Assembly: GCA_964016885.1 (NCBI GenBank)
Contig: OZ024756.1
Coordinates: 34,596,001-34,660,000, forward strand
Length of the DNA stretch: 64,000 bases
Origin: Eledone cirrhosa
Lineage: Eukaryota
Reading direction: 5' to 3'
The notes below the pieces were generated by a model. That model saw only the letters and a program-made list of their open reading frames with translations, was not told the origin of the DNA and did not search any database. The translations under genes and the position numbers were made by a program. Below are positions 31,791 to 44,455 of the stretch, piece by piece; position 1 is the first letter of the stretch, and each line of letters starts with the position of its first letter.

Positions 31791-33249
31791 AGACAAGCTG
31801 ATAGTTTGGGGGAAAATATTGTTAGACAGGGATAAGGCAGGGAGACTAGATGATACTCTTGTTTGCTAGAAAACAACTCTCAGGTTATTGATTAAAAATA
31901 TTTTTACAGTAAAAATTTTCAACAAAATCTTTCGTTTTATTGCCTGCCATTTTATATACCTAAAACAAAACACTAGAACTTAAATGGAAGAATTATAATA
32001 TATAAATGTGTCCGTCAAGATAGGTAGCGTGTGGTTTAAGGGTGAGTTGACTGCTATTTCTAGCAGATCGAGTGACCACAGAAGCCCCACACCAACATTT
32101 CGGCACTATTTTTAGTTGATCGAGTGACCACATAGAAGCCCCACACCTCGAGATTTGGTTGTTATTTATAACGGGTGACCACAGCGCAGGAACGAAATAT
32201 GACTGCTATTTTTAGCGGGTTGGGCGACCACATTGAGGCTACTTCGATGTGTTGAAACAGGCTGTCATATTTGGGTTAATGCTGGTTCAATCATTCAACA
32301 GGTTGCCACTGGTTAGGTCTGGTTAATCGAGCTTGAACTAATCCAAATTGAGTGACTTAGTGGTCAACTAAAGTTGACAAGTGGGACCGGCTAACCTCCG
32401 TCTGAAGGATTCTGGGTAAATCCTCCACAGACGGAAGTATCAAGAAGCCAGACTAACGATTACAAATTGTCTGATTATGCAAGTTGGTTTTACCTGGTAC
32501 TGTTAAGCACACACTTTATTTTCTGAATGTAAGTTCTCTTTTCATTTACTTTTTATGTTTTAAATCCTCTGAATATCTCGTTCTCCAAACCGCACCACTT
32601 AAAGGGCTAATTATATAAAGCATAAGGATCGAGCAGATATTAAGAAGAAAGAAAAAAACAACACCCAAACTCAAATTATTGAACCAACATGGTCTAACTG
32701 ATAAAATGCTGTCGTTATAAAATATGATATATTTCCCCGTCTATCTTCTCTTAGTTATCAAATGTGTGTAACTAGCAAACTCTTCCACTTCGTTATTTCA
32801 TGTTTGAAGTTGTGTGCTAATTATGATTAGAATTAATTGTATGTTTGTGTGTCGTCTCTTTAAATTGACACATTTAAGTTAAACGTTTATTTATTGCTCC
32901 CAAAGATCTCTTCCCGCGTGCTTTAAGTGTGTAATTAAAATATTATCAAGAGATATCTAATTAAGGGCTTTATTATTAACATTATTTACTTGTAAAGTAG
33001 TAGTAATTGTTGGTGTTCGGACAGGGATCTTGTCCAGAATTAACAGTATGGGATATATATATTGTTATAAAAACTTTATTTTTAAAGTTAAAATTTCGAT
33101 TTTAAACTTTTGCTAAAGTTTCCAAATGACATTTTTTTTCATCAAGTAAACATTACATTACATTTAAAAAATAACGATCTATATAAATATATTTAAAAAC
33201 ATATATATATACACACATACATACAGGATATATTTGTATTGTATCACTG

Positions 33250-33281
<32 letters not shown>

Positions 33282-34797
33282 ATTGATTTTTCTGTCTACG
33301 TCCCATTACTTTATCAGTAAGTGTTATTCCCGTGTGTGTGTATGTTTAGGACTTGCTCCTACGTAAGTGTGTATGCAATTCTGAAACAATGTTCCCTTCT
33401 TCCCGGATCAAATATTTCTCCACCACCCCCTCCACCGTGTGAGAGTGTGACTGTCAAGTAATCATGCTAATTACACTACGACATAACAAACTATTTAGAA
33501 AATAATAAGTGTTTCTTTAATGGCCAAATAATAATAATCACTCGAATACTCTCTCTCCCATACATATATACCATCACCAGTGCTCTATATTCAATAACTT
33601 ATGCCCCCCTCCTCCCATCTTTTATGTGTTGTCTGATATCTAAGCAGTGGTTTACTAAGGGATCCCAGTCGTACAACTTTTTACAGTCTACTTATATATA
33701 GTTTATTATGCTTCCAAGAAAGATAGGAGTTAGAGGGGGAGGGAAGAACGAAAGATGAATGTCACATAAGCTTCACGTTAGTAACTTTAGTTAAGTCACT
33801 CAACTGGTTAAAAAAAACAAAAAAACTTTCATCAAATCACTCTGTTGTCTAATATAAATGTAAGGACATATTAGATTGTGTTGTACCCTTAGAAAATACG
33901 AGATCGTTGTTACTAAAATGTCTTTGGTCATAAGTTAGTCTGCTGGAGCAGAGCTGACCTGTAGCTAAACAATTTATTGCCCCATAACAGATCAATAATC
34001 GGTTACTAGGTTTACAATGTTTAGTATACAGAAATACGTACACACACTCATGTATACACTGTCCTCATTATCACAAAGGACGAACAATTGATTATATATC
34101 AGAGACGCGGGAGCCTCTATGTGGTTGTTCGACCTGTTAGAAATAGCAGCCAACCCTTCTCTCTAATTACATACTACTTGTCTTACATTACAATAAACAG
34201 GACACTTGATAATGTAGGCCGAAGTAAAACTATATCTAGAAAAAGCAAAACAATAAGCGACTGCATCTCATTTCATTTCCACCACAATAGATTTCTCATA
34301 TTTAAGAAACAGCAGAAAAGCTCTTTACAAGTCAGTCACCGATTTGTTGGTTGTCTGGTAAGCTGGTATGCTTTTGATCACAGGTCTGTGCAATGTTGCC
34401 TGACCTGGAGTTAAACAGCAACAACGACTTCATTTTTTTTTTTTTTTTTTTTTTCTTGTGAAAGATTTTAATTGTGTTGCTTCTTTTTCTTTTTTTTAAC
34501 GTACTTGGCAGACCAGCAACAATTGTTTCTGTTGATGGTGTCTGTCTGTCCTGCAGTCGTAGTAAACTTGGAACAGTTTAAGCGGAACGTCTCTTAATCT
34601 CACGGGTATCCTAAAGGCCCCCTTGAGCACTGCTCCTTTTTACAGACCAAACCTATATATGTATATATAAAGGCCACAAATCAGGTTAGTACTCGAGCTC
34701 GGTGCATGAGGAAATGCATAATAGTTATAGTAAAGAGGGAAGATGTGGAACTCCTAGCCGTTGGGATCTTACATCTTTACTTATATATATATATGTG

Positions 34798-34978
34798 TGT
34801 ATCCCGAAAGTATGGATACATAGGCAAAATGGAACAGTTTATTTCTTTGAAATATTAGTAAATAACATCTTCAATGTGATTTCCAACAACGATGCAAAGT
34901 TCGATGTGCTTTGGGAGATTCACGTGAATCCGATGCATTAACTCCACATGTTCGCCTAGGATTTAGGGATACCCTGTA
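34798..34978 (-). mobile_element. Tc1/mariner-derived short relic
   Basis: Imperfect TIRs (GTATCCCGAAA / TTTAGGGATACCCTG-TA); minus strand KHIELCIVVGNHIE resembles the CI...GGHFE transposase end. Confidence 0.5.
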
Positions 34979-35028
<50 letters not shown>

Positions 35029-35068
35029 GAAATACTGTTGGCTTCATGCTCACAATTTCTATACTTTC

Positions 35069-35145
<77 letters not shown>

Positions 35146-35268
35146 GGAGGTGAGTTTTATTGTAGTACAATAAAGCAATGCAGATATCGGATAAGAAGCA
35201 CTCTACAGTTTGTGGGACTGGAGTATGCATAATATAAGATCAAAAGATGGTTAAAGGAGTTCCATATA

Positions 35269-35335
35269 TTTTATTATGCGCATTTCAAAAACAAACATCA
35301 TCAAACAATAATATTTGTGTTTTCATCAGATAAAA
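35269..35335 (-). ncRNA. Type I hammerhead ribozyme, mirror copy of 35409-35475
   Basis: Same core and stems on the minus strand; differs only in the stem II loop. Confidence 0.78.
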
Positions 35336-35408
35336 CAGGAGAACATGATATGAAGGCTAAAAAACACTTGTTGATAGTGCAGTTTTAAATCAACATATTG
35401 TTCTCCTG

Positions 35409-35475
35409 TTTTATCTGATGAAAACACAAATATTATTGCATGATGATGTTTGTTTTTGAAATGCGCATAATAAAA
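35409..35475 (+). ncRNA. Type I hammerhead ribozyme, intact core, palindromic stem III
   Basis: UUUUAU-CUGAUGA-long AU/GU stem II-GAAA-UGCGCA-UA-AUAAAA. Confidence 0.78.
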
Positions 35476-35507
35476 TATATGGAACTCCTTTAACCATCTT
35501 TTGATCT

Positions 35508-35559
<52 letters not shown>

Positions 35560-35983
35560 TGCGATTACTCCCGATTGAACCCGGGACCCACACACACATT
35601 ATATATATATACACATATGGTAATCCTTCGGTTTAAGATCACAGATAACTTCCTCTAATTTTCATGAATATTAGTGACAATTTTTTTTTAAATTCATTTT
35701 ATTAAGATAATCATAAGCTTCACTTTCGAAATTGTATCTCTGCAAAATATGTATTATTGAGAAAGTTATGAGGAGACGAAGTCAGGTGGAGGCACTAAAT
35801 TGTAGTTTAATATATAAACACGCAGATATTTAAATATGTTATATCTATGTAAACTTTTCCGGAATTCCTTACGCATGCAGAAAAAATGTTGTTTGATAAG
35901 ATTTCTTATACAATGATATTAATTTATAGCCATTTGTTTGATTTAGATATAAATAAATACATGCAATGTATTTCACACACACC

Positions 35984-36059
<76 letters not shown>

Positions 36060-36223
36060 GGTGTACAAATATATATATATAATTTTTTTTTTTTTTTTTT
36101 TTTAAATTGAGTTTGAATTATTTTCCCATATCTTACGTTAAATATTTTCCATCTTGACGTTATAGTCACTTATATATTATGAAATACTGTTGGCTTCTTG
36201 CTCACATTAATTTCTCTATTTTC

Positions 36224-36262
<39 letters not shown>

Positions 36263-38519
36263 GTACCAGTAATGCACTGAGTAATTGCTGGCCTTGTGCC
36301 AAAAGTAGAAACAATATATATATATGTGTGGGTGTGCATAGGTTTGTTGGTTTTTTCTTCCTTCTTTTTCAACCACTCCCCAACTCTTGTAAGTTGATAA
36401 TTAGATTAACAAAGAGATTATCAGAAGCTCATATTAAATCGTCACATGTTCTCTAAATTGAATGAAACTTTCTTAACCTTTTCCCTTCATCCATTCGGAC
36501 TAAATAATGTGGGAGATCTTTGTTAGGGGGTTTAACTACAAACACTGTAAATATATATAAATCATGATGGATTCAGTTTGTGACTGGTTTGTCCATTACT
36601 CAACAGAGTACTCGATACTTCGAGTAGTAGAGTATGGTTATATTATAAAGAGTCTAGACCCGACGGCCGAGCTCTTGCCATTTCAACAGCTAGACCCATG
36701 TATGAAGTTGTTTCTATTTTGTTGTTGTTGCCAGGTAGAATAGTGAATGTGTTTACCATTGGAGGATGACGTAGGGGAAGTGCTGAAATATTAAATGGGA
36801 ATATTAAACTAGTTTCCACCTTCGGAAATTGTGAGTAATATTAAAACGAAAAAGTATTACCAAATTGTAATTATTATAAAGGACAGGAGAATGAGAGGCT
36901 GTAAACCTCATGCCTTTCCCCAGCTTCCTTGCTGGACTCAGCTATTACCAACATCACCACCTCCACAATATTCGCTTGACCTGTTGGAAATCGTAGCTAA
37001 ATATCCTTCAAACAAAACATTTTACCGTCTTTAAAAAAATGTAGGACACATTAGGATAGTGTAGTCCTAAATACACTATAGGTGATTTTTATGGTTTGAA
37101 TTACTTTGTTGATACTTCCGTTCTATCAAGATTGATCGAAATTAAACATGAGACATAGAAGCAAAATCTATTATTTGCATACGGTCTGTTATTATACGGA
37201 CACACATTTTAAAACAAAAGTGGTTGAATGGAAAATTATGACATTTGTATTCTTCACAATATCCACACATAAACAACACACACACTCTCTCTCTCTCTCT
37301 CCACCACCAGGCTGCAAGATCACCTTGCACCAAACTAACTAAAGTAGTTATGACTACTTGTTACACACTGTGTATATATATATATGCACACACAGTGTAG
37401 TATACTATGTCGACACCACTTACACATTAATTATAGACCATGCCACAGCAAGCTATTAAAACGTTGTTTCTTTTCGGAATAAAACAGCTTGAACTTTCTT
37501 AATTACCTCTTAATTATAGAAAGACTTGATGAGATACTTTTTAATCTCATTTCATTGACGTCTCCCTTTTAATTATAAATTTTTAGTGTTATTAAAGGGC
37601 ATGCACACTCTATCAATTAAAAAAACAACCTTTCTTCGTAATTTTAGTTAAAGACCTTTGTTAGGTTATGTTCCAAACACCAGCTTAATAATGAGAAAGT
37701 TTTGGTTATACTATTTAAAAAATTATTTGAAAATCATAGGCAGTATCATTTGTTAGAAATATGGTAACGAAGTAGTTAAATATGTTTGAAGCAACCCGAA
37801 ACACTCACACTATAACCTGAGCAGGATAATGGAACAAGGAACAAGACTATTTCCTTAAATCTTTTAATTCATATAGAAAAAGTTGTATGAAATTTGCGTT
37901 ACTAACTCGACCTTGGCTAACATTTTAGGCACAAGATATATTTTTCTATTTGTCGACGTATATAGTTGATAAATTTATGCTCCATAGTGATATAAATATT
38001 ATCGATGTGAGAACAAGATAAGTTATGTCAATCTTTTTTGTTGCTGGCTTGGTCATCTCTTAAAATAAAATATTTCGTTTCAAAACCATAGGCCACTCCT
38101 GTTGTACGCATTGCATACTTCATATATTTAGTGTGTGCATATGTGTATATATTTTTGATATACATATGATATATATGGATGTGCATATGATTATATGTAT
38201 GTGAATGTGCATATGATGCATGAAAATGTACTCTTATTAGTCAATGTCAGAAACAATTCATGAAGTATGTTTAATCGTCATAGTCTTTGTATTGTTAAAT
38301 TTCTTGGATATAAGGGAAAAATTCGTTCAGAAATCTGTCAGTTTTAGAAAAAAAAAAAAAAGATTGGATCAATTAAATAAATCTTAATTTAAGAATGAGT
38401 AAGATTATGCAGATATTTACAGAACCCCCCAAAATAGAGCAAAAAGTTAGAGGCTTAATAAGGAGGAGAGAAGACCCGTACACTCAAAATCAATCACATA
38501 CCACTACAAGGCACAATGA

Positions 38520-38990
38520 ATCTTCCCTGTAATTATTTTTGAGACAAGCCAACACTTTCACAGCATTACCGAAGGTGATAGCAAGGTTAAGGTGTTGGAA
38601 CAACCAAGCTTCCTTGCCGACATTACCTAATACCTCGGTATGGCGAGTCTCCGACGATGACAAGAGCTTCGTTGTAAGTTGACCGGCTCCTCCTCCTCCT
38701 CCTCCTCCTCAAACGTCTCGAACACCACGGGCTGCAGAAAAAATAGTTCCCCGATAATTCCTGGTATTTTAGAATTTTGTTCAGGATGTAGGAAGGAGCA
38801 AAAGAGTCGCTGACTGAGGCATCCCCAGATGAGACATCTACCTCTTTCGTAGAGACAAAGGGAAGATCATCTGACCTCTTCCTATCAATCAGCTCTGGAC
38901 AATCCAGCTGGTCCCAAGCCAGGGACCGCTTGATAATTAGGTACAATTTGGTATGGTGAAAATGCATTCAGGCGGCAAGACAACCCATTT
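38520..38990 (-). mobile_element. Second copy of the CRE-clade endonuclease relic
   Basis: Colinear with 16181-16610; ends EAWLFQHLNLAITFGNAVKVL, compare FQRLS.AIQRGNA..V. Confidence 0.7.
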
Positions 38991-40357
38991 ATGTATATGT
39001 ATGCATATATACATGTGCGTGTTTGTGTTTTAATAAATGGTTATTGTGTACGAGCGAGGTTGCTTGCACAGTGAATTGATATAAAGATACGTTGTATAGA
39101 GAAGCAATTATTCCCTAAGTGTTTCAACAAGGCAACATGCCAGAAAAAGAAAGCATGTTGACAGTATCATCATCATTACCAACACCATCAGCTGCACTAC
39201 CAACAGCACCACCACCATCATTCTCAATCATTATCTGCCCCATTGTAAATCGATGACTCTCTCCAAGTTGGTACCAATTGTTCCTATACTGCACCGCTCT
39301 CGTCCGAGATGGAAAGATAAGATCGATAAGTTCATGAACGTTACATGGTTGAGAGCGATATAGGAGAGGAACCCTTTCACTGTGTATATAGATATAGATA
39401 TATCTGTGTGCATGTATGTGTGTCTTTTCTCGGTATTTCTTTTATTATTAATAGAATCAAGAGAAACCAATTTCAAATGAGTAATCAATAGCAATTAGTA
39501 ACTGGCGTCCTGACCAGGCCGGTGAAGTGACTGAGACTACACGTTTCCCCGACCTGGTCAGGAGCCAGTCTGTCGCGGTGTTAAACCCTCAGCTATTTCT
39601 GGTACTCGTTTCTGTATACTGGGGCAATGGGAAATGAAGTATTTTGCTCAAGAACACAGCATGCAACCCAGCCCAGGAATTGAACCCACGAGATTATGAT
39701 CATAGCTTTAATAAATTTTATATAAATATATATATACACACACACATATACAGAGAGAGAGTTTGTATATTGTCGATGTTTTGAAAAATTTAGGAGGGAG
39801 TGTCAAAATTATTTTAGCGATATTTTTGTTTTTTATACGTTTACCGTTAGAAAGAATATGACCTGAATTTCGTCATACAGTAAAAATAGACCCAATTATT
39901 ATTCAATTTTAATAAGCTTCAAGATTCATTTTTACAGTTGATTACTCACTTGGAAGAGAATGTAGAAATATCCACACTTAGGTGGTTTGACAATTTGGCA
40001 ATAGTTGAACATCGGTTATCCGAACGTGTGACTTCGGTTATCCGTTCATTATTTTAACAGGGTTTCTTATTCCTAGAGAATATTTTAATTAACCAGACAT
40101 GGCTGTGTGGCTCAGCTTTTGGTTTTGTAACTACGTGGTTTCAGGTTCAGTCCCACTGCATGCCACCCAAGATGTTTTCGACTGTTTTGAGTGAAATTTG
40201 GTAGATGGAAACTATACTCAAAAAGACTAACTGTTAAAGTCATTTTACATTTATAATTTATTTCTTGGTGTCAGAATTTTCCTTCCACTGTTTGTGACTT
40301 GATTAATCATTGACACTCTTTCACCGTTTCTGACCTGATCACTGATTCAGTTCCATT

Positions 40358-41098
40358 ACGCCATGCTTTCCAGCATAGTTACGTCCCTTTACGATCTGAG
40401 TTCAAATCCCGCCGAGGTTGACTTTGCCTTTCATCCTTACGGGGTCGATAAAATAAAGTACCAGTAATACACTGGGATAATTGCTGGCCTTGTGCTAAAA
40501 GTAGAAACAATTATTTCAGCGGTGGATTGGCAGTATCGTAGAGGGTCGGACGCCATGCTTTGCAGCAAAGAGTTACGGCCCTCTATGCTCTGAGTTCAAA
40601 TCCCGCTGAGGTTAACTTTGCCTTTCATCCTTACGGGGTCGATAAAATAAAGTACCAGTAATACACTGGGATAATTGCTGGCCTTGTGCTAAAAGTAGAA
40701 ACAATTATTTCAGCGGTGGATTGGCAGTATCGTAGAGGGTCGGACGCCATGCTTTGCAGCAAAGAGTTACGGCCCTCTATGCTCTGAGTTCAAATCCCGC
40801 TGAGGTTAACTTTGCCTTTCATCCTTACGGGGTCGATAAAATAAAGTACCAGTAATACACTGGGATAATTGCTGGCCTTGTGCTAAAAGTAGAAACAATT
40901 ATTTCAGCGGTGGATTGGCAGTATCGTAGAGGGTCGGACGCCATGCTTTGCAGCAAAGAGTTACGGCCCTCTATGCTCTGAGTTCAAATCCCGCTGAGGT
41001 TAACTTTGCCTTTCATCCTTACGGAGTCGATAAAATAAAGTACCAGTAATACACTGAGATAATTGCTGGCCTTGTGCCAAAAGTAGAAACAATTATTT
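40358..41098 (+). mobile_element. Tandem array of a tRNA-derived SINE: one partial plus three near-identical 194-bp units
   Basis: Units start at 40516, 40710 and 40904; A-box-like TGGCAGTATCG and B-box GAGTTCAAATCC. Dispersed copies at 10755-10945(-), 29725-29930, 55220-55632, 57722-57897, 59520-59727(-), 63370-63545(-). Confidence 0.88.
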
Positions 41099-43100
41099 CT
41101 GATCTGGTCACTGACACAGTTCTGTTGTTTCTGACTTGGTCACTGTCATACTTCCATTGTTTGTGACCTGGTCACTGACTCAATTCCACTGTTTCTGACC
41201 TGGTCACTGACACACTTCCACTGTCACACTATGACAACACAGTTACTGATGCCACAATAAAATGTACACAGTCCACTCTGTAAAGTGGCGTTAGGAAGGG
41301 CATCCAACTATAGAAACCATCCAAATTATGGAACATGAACACGACATGGTCACCTGACCAGTCTAGTTTCAGATGACAACCTGTCCAATTCATGCCAGCA
41401 GAGAAAACAAATGTAAAACAATGATGATGATTAACAATTTGTAGTGAAATGTAGATTATTTCAGGTTTGTTCATAAATATTTGTCTTTATCGAAATTTCA
41501 GCTATAAATGTCATTTCTTTGGCCTCATCATTATCACCAGTTGAAATATATTCCATTTAGGCCAAACCCATTGCTATCATTTTTTTTTTTTTTTATTATT
41601 TACTAATTCCATTAAATTCTTTTGTTCTACTCAACAGTATTATACAATAGCATTGATATTGAAACTCTTATTATTATTGATATAAACTGCCTGAAACCAG
41701 TCCTGGTTGTAACTGTCTCTGGTTCTGTGATACTGTGTTGTTTAATTTAACCCTTTTGATACCAAACCACCAGAAACCTGTCCTGGCTGAGACAATTTCT
41801 GGTTCTGTTGGACTTCATACTTTTGATACTAAACCAACTGAGGCTGACCCTCATTCTATGACACATAACTTGTTTATTTTAAAGTGTTTATAAGTCTTTT
41901 CATCATAATTTTATGTAAAAACGTTTTCTTATGTTCCAAACACCAGCAAAATATTCAGAAAATTAGTTATATTATTAAATCCCATCAAATTCTTGATTAT
42001 TTTCAAAATGATCAGAAAATTATAGGCAGTGTCTTTCATTAGAAATATTGTAATAAAGTGTTAAAGTGTTTATATTTATCTAAAAATATTCCATTATTTT
42101 ATGTAAGAACTTTGGTTTTATTCCATTCCACATACCAGCTTATGAGAAAATGTGTTATGTTATTAGATCCCTTCAAATTATTTTCAAAACGATTAGAAAA
42201 TTATGGCAGTGTCTTTCACTAGAAACATGAAAACAAAATGTTTCATGGAATTTTGTTTTGCAGATTGGCATGCCACCACCACCTCCACTAAGATAGGCAC
42301 TGTACAAATTCCTTCTCTCTCCTTCACACACATACACACACATTCTCTTAGATCCTGATAATGACATTATGTAGTCCTATATAGACAAAACCCTGGTAAA
42401 TAGAGTAGCAATGGTGGTGGTGGTGGTGGTGGTGGTCTAGATATCCTGCTTTGCTATTGTACCACCATTTCCCTCTTAGCTTTATTAATGGTGGAGCCAC
42501 ATGACAGTATTCATATTGACACACACAACCACATATACATGCGGTTGTTGCAGTTTTTATACCGACACACACACACACACGCATGCATATGTATGCACCC
42601 ACATTGCACATAAGCACACCCTCACAAGTACATGCAAACTCCCTCCCAACCAAAAAAAAAAATACATACATACACACTTGCTCACAAGCACATACAAACA
42701 CCACCACCAACACCCCATACACACAGCATAAAACTTTACGAAGCCTTACTCAGATCCTGTTTCTATTTCATTGAAATTGTTTAAGAAACCTAAAGAAGGT
42801 GACAAGGATGCAAGAATTCCACCTACTACTACTGGGTGCTTTATTCCTCTTGTCTCTCAACTTCCCCGGTGCTGATGCCACAATAAAATGGACCCAGTAC
42901 ACTCTGTAAAGTGGTTGGTGTTAGGAAGGGCATATGGAACATAAGTATGTGATAACATCAGTGAGTGGTTCAATACTGCCTCACTGGTCACATATATAAC
43001 AGTGGCTGTAGTGAGTTGTCGATGTGTTGGTCAGTTCAATTTATATTAGATTACTCTCTTATGTATTCAGATATTTCAACTGAAATATAGAAAACGCACA

Positions 43101-43192
<92 letters not shown>

Positions 43193-43374
43193 CAATGAAA
43201 TGTCTGTTGTCTGATGTAACCCCAACTTTTGTTTCTCCACCCTTCTATATCTTTCCCTCCCCTCTCTCCTCTCAATTTTTATTCCCCCTTCACCCCTCTT
43301 AATGGATACAGCTTGTGAGTCCCCAGGGATGTGGGCTCCAATTACTGATTTTAAAAACATATGCAGTGTGTGTG

Positions 43375-43405
<31 letters not shown>

Positions 43406-43994
43406 ATGCATATATATATATATATATATAATGTTTTATATATGTAAGTATATATATGAAAAAATGGGGAGAAGAATACTGCAGGTTGCACATGGATAAC
43501 ATGTATATATAATGTTTTTATATATGTAAGTATATATGCATGTATATATGTCTGTGTGTGTAAGCAAATATGGTCCCTCTCTCTACCTCACTGAACCGAC
43601 CCATCAAGGACATTATTGTAACAGCCTATCATACCCATACCAACAGGGGGAAACAAACATAAAGTGATGATATATGTATATATATATCTGTATGAGCAAG
43701 GCATGGTCAGCCGACCAGACACTGCCCACAACAGGACAACCCGTCGAACCCATGCTAGCGTGGAAGAACGGACGTAAAACGGTGATGATGATGATGATGA
43801 TATATATCATCACCACCACTTAACATCCATTTTTCCACGCTAGCATGGGTTAGATGAGTTGTCCTGTTGTTAGCAATGCCAGATTAGGTGACCTTGTCTT
43901 GCTCATACTGGACTGATTTTGACTTGGTTTCTACAGCTGGATGCCCTTCCCAATACCAACCTTACTTACAGTGAATATTGGGTCCTTTTTCTCA

Positions 43995-44455
43995 TGAAAC
44001 CTACACAACCACTTTACAGTATGGGCTGGGTGCTTTTTGTCGTGTTGCCATTACAGCCACTTTACAGTGTGGGCTGGGGTTTTTTGTTGTGTTGCCATCA
44101 CAACCACTTTACAGTGTGGGCTGGGGTTTTTTGTTGTGTTGCCATCACAACCACTTTACAGTGTGGGCTGGGGTTTTTTGTTGTGTTGCCATCACAACCA
44201 CTTTACAGTGTGGGCTGGGGTTTTTTGTTGTGTTGCCATCACAACCACTTTACAGTGTGGGCTGGGGTTTTTTGTTGTGTTGCCATCACAACCACTTTAC
44301 AGTGTGGGCTGGGGTTTTTTGTTGTGTTGCCATCACAACCACTACAGTGTGGGCTGGGGTTTTTTGTTGTGTTGCCATCACAACCACTTTACAGTGTGGG
44401 CTGGGGTTTTTTGTTGTGTTGCCATCACAACCACTTTACAGTGTGGGCTGGGGGC
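43995..44455. repeat. 47-bp tandem repeat, about 10 copies, expanded inside an RTE-tail repeat (about 43805-44610, minus strand)
   Basis: Unit CAACCACTTTACAGTGTGGGCTGGGGTTTTTTGTTGTGTTGCCATCA; the single-copy form occurs in the RTE 3'UTR at 22266-22298. Confidence 0.92.

Larger units (their letters stand above)
35229..35515. mobile_element. Near-perfect inverted repeat (117-bp arms) made of two hammerhead-bearing ends
   Basis: 35229-35345 complements 35399-35515; 53-nt spacer; abuts a (TA)n tract. Confidence 0.85.

Noticed and set aside
40516-40620. tRNA gene
   Set aside because: A/B-box-like motifs only, no cloverleaf; this is a SINE head, as are 50955-51040, 53800-53910 and 56920-57030.
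40358-41098. CRISPR-like regular array
   Set aside because: Whole units are identical with no unique spacers; SINE-derived and in a eukaryotic context.
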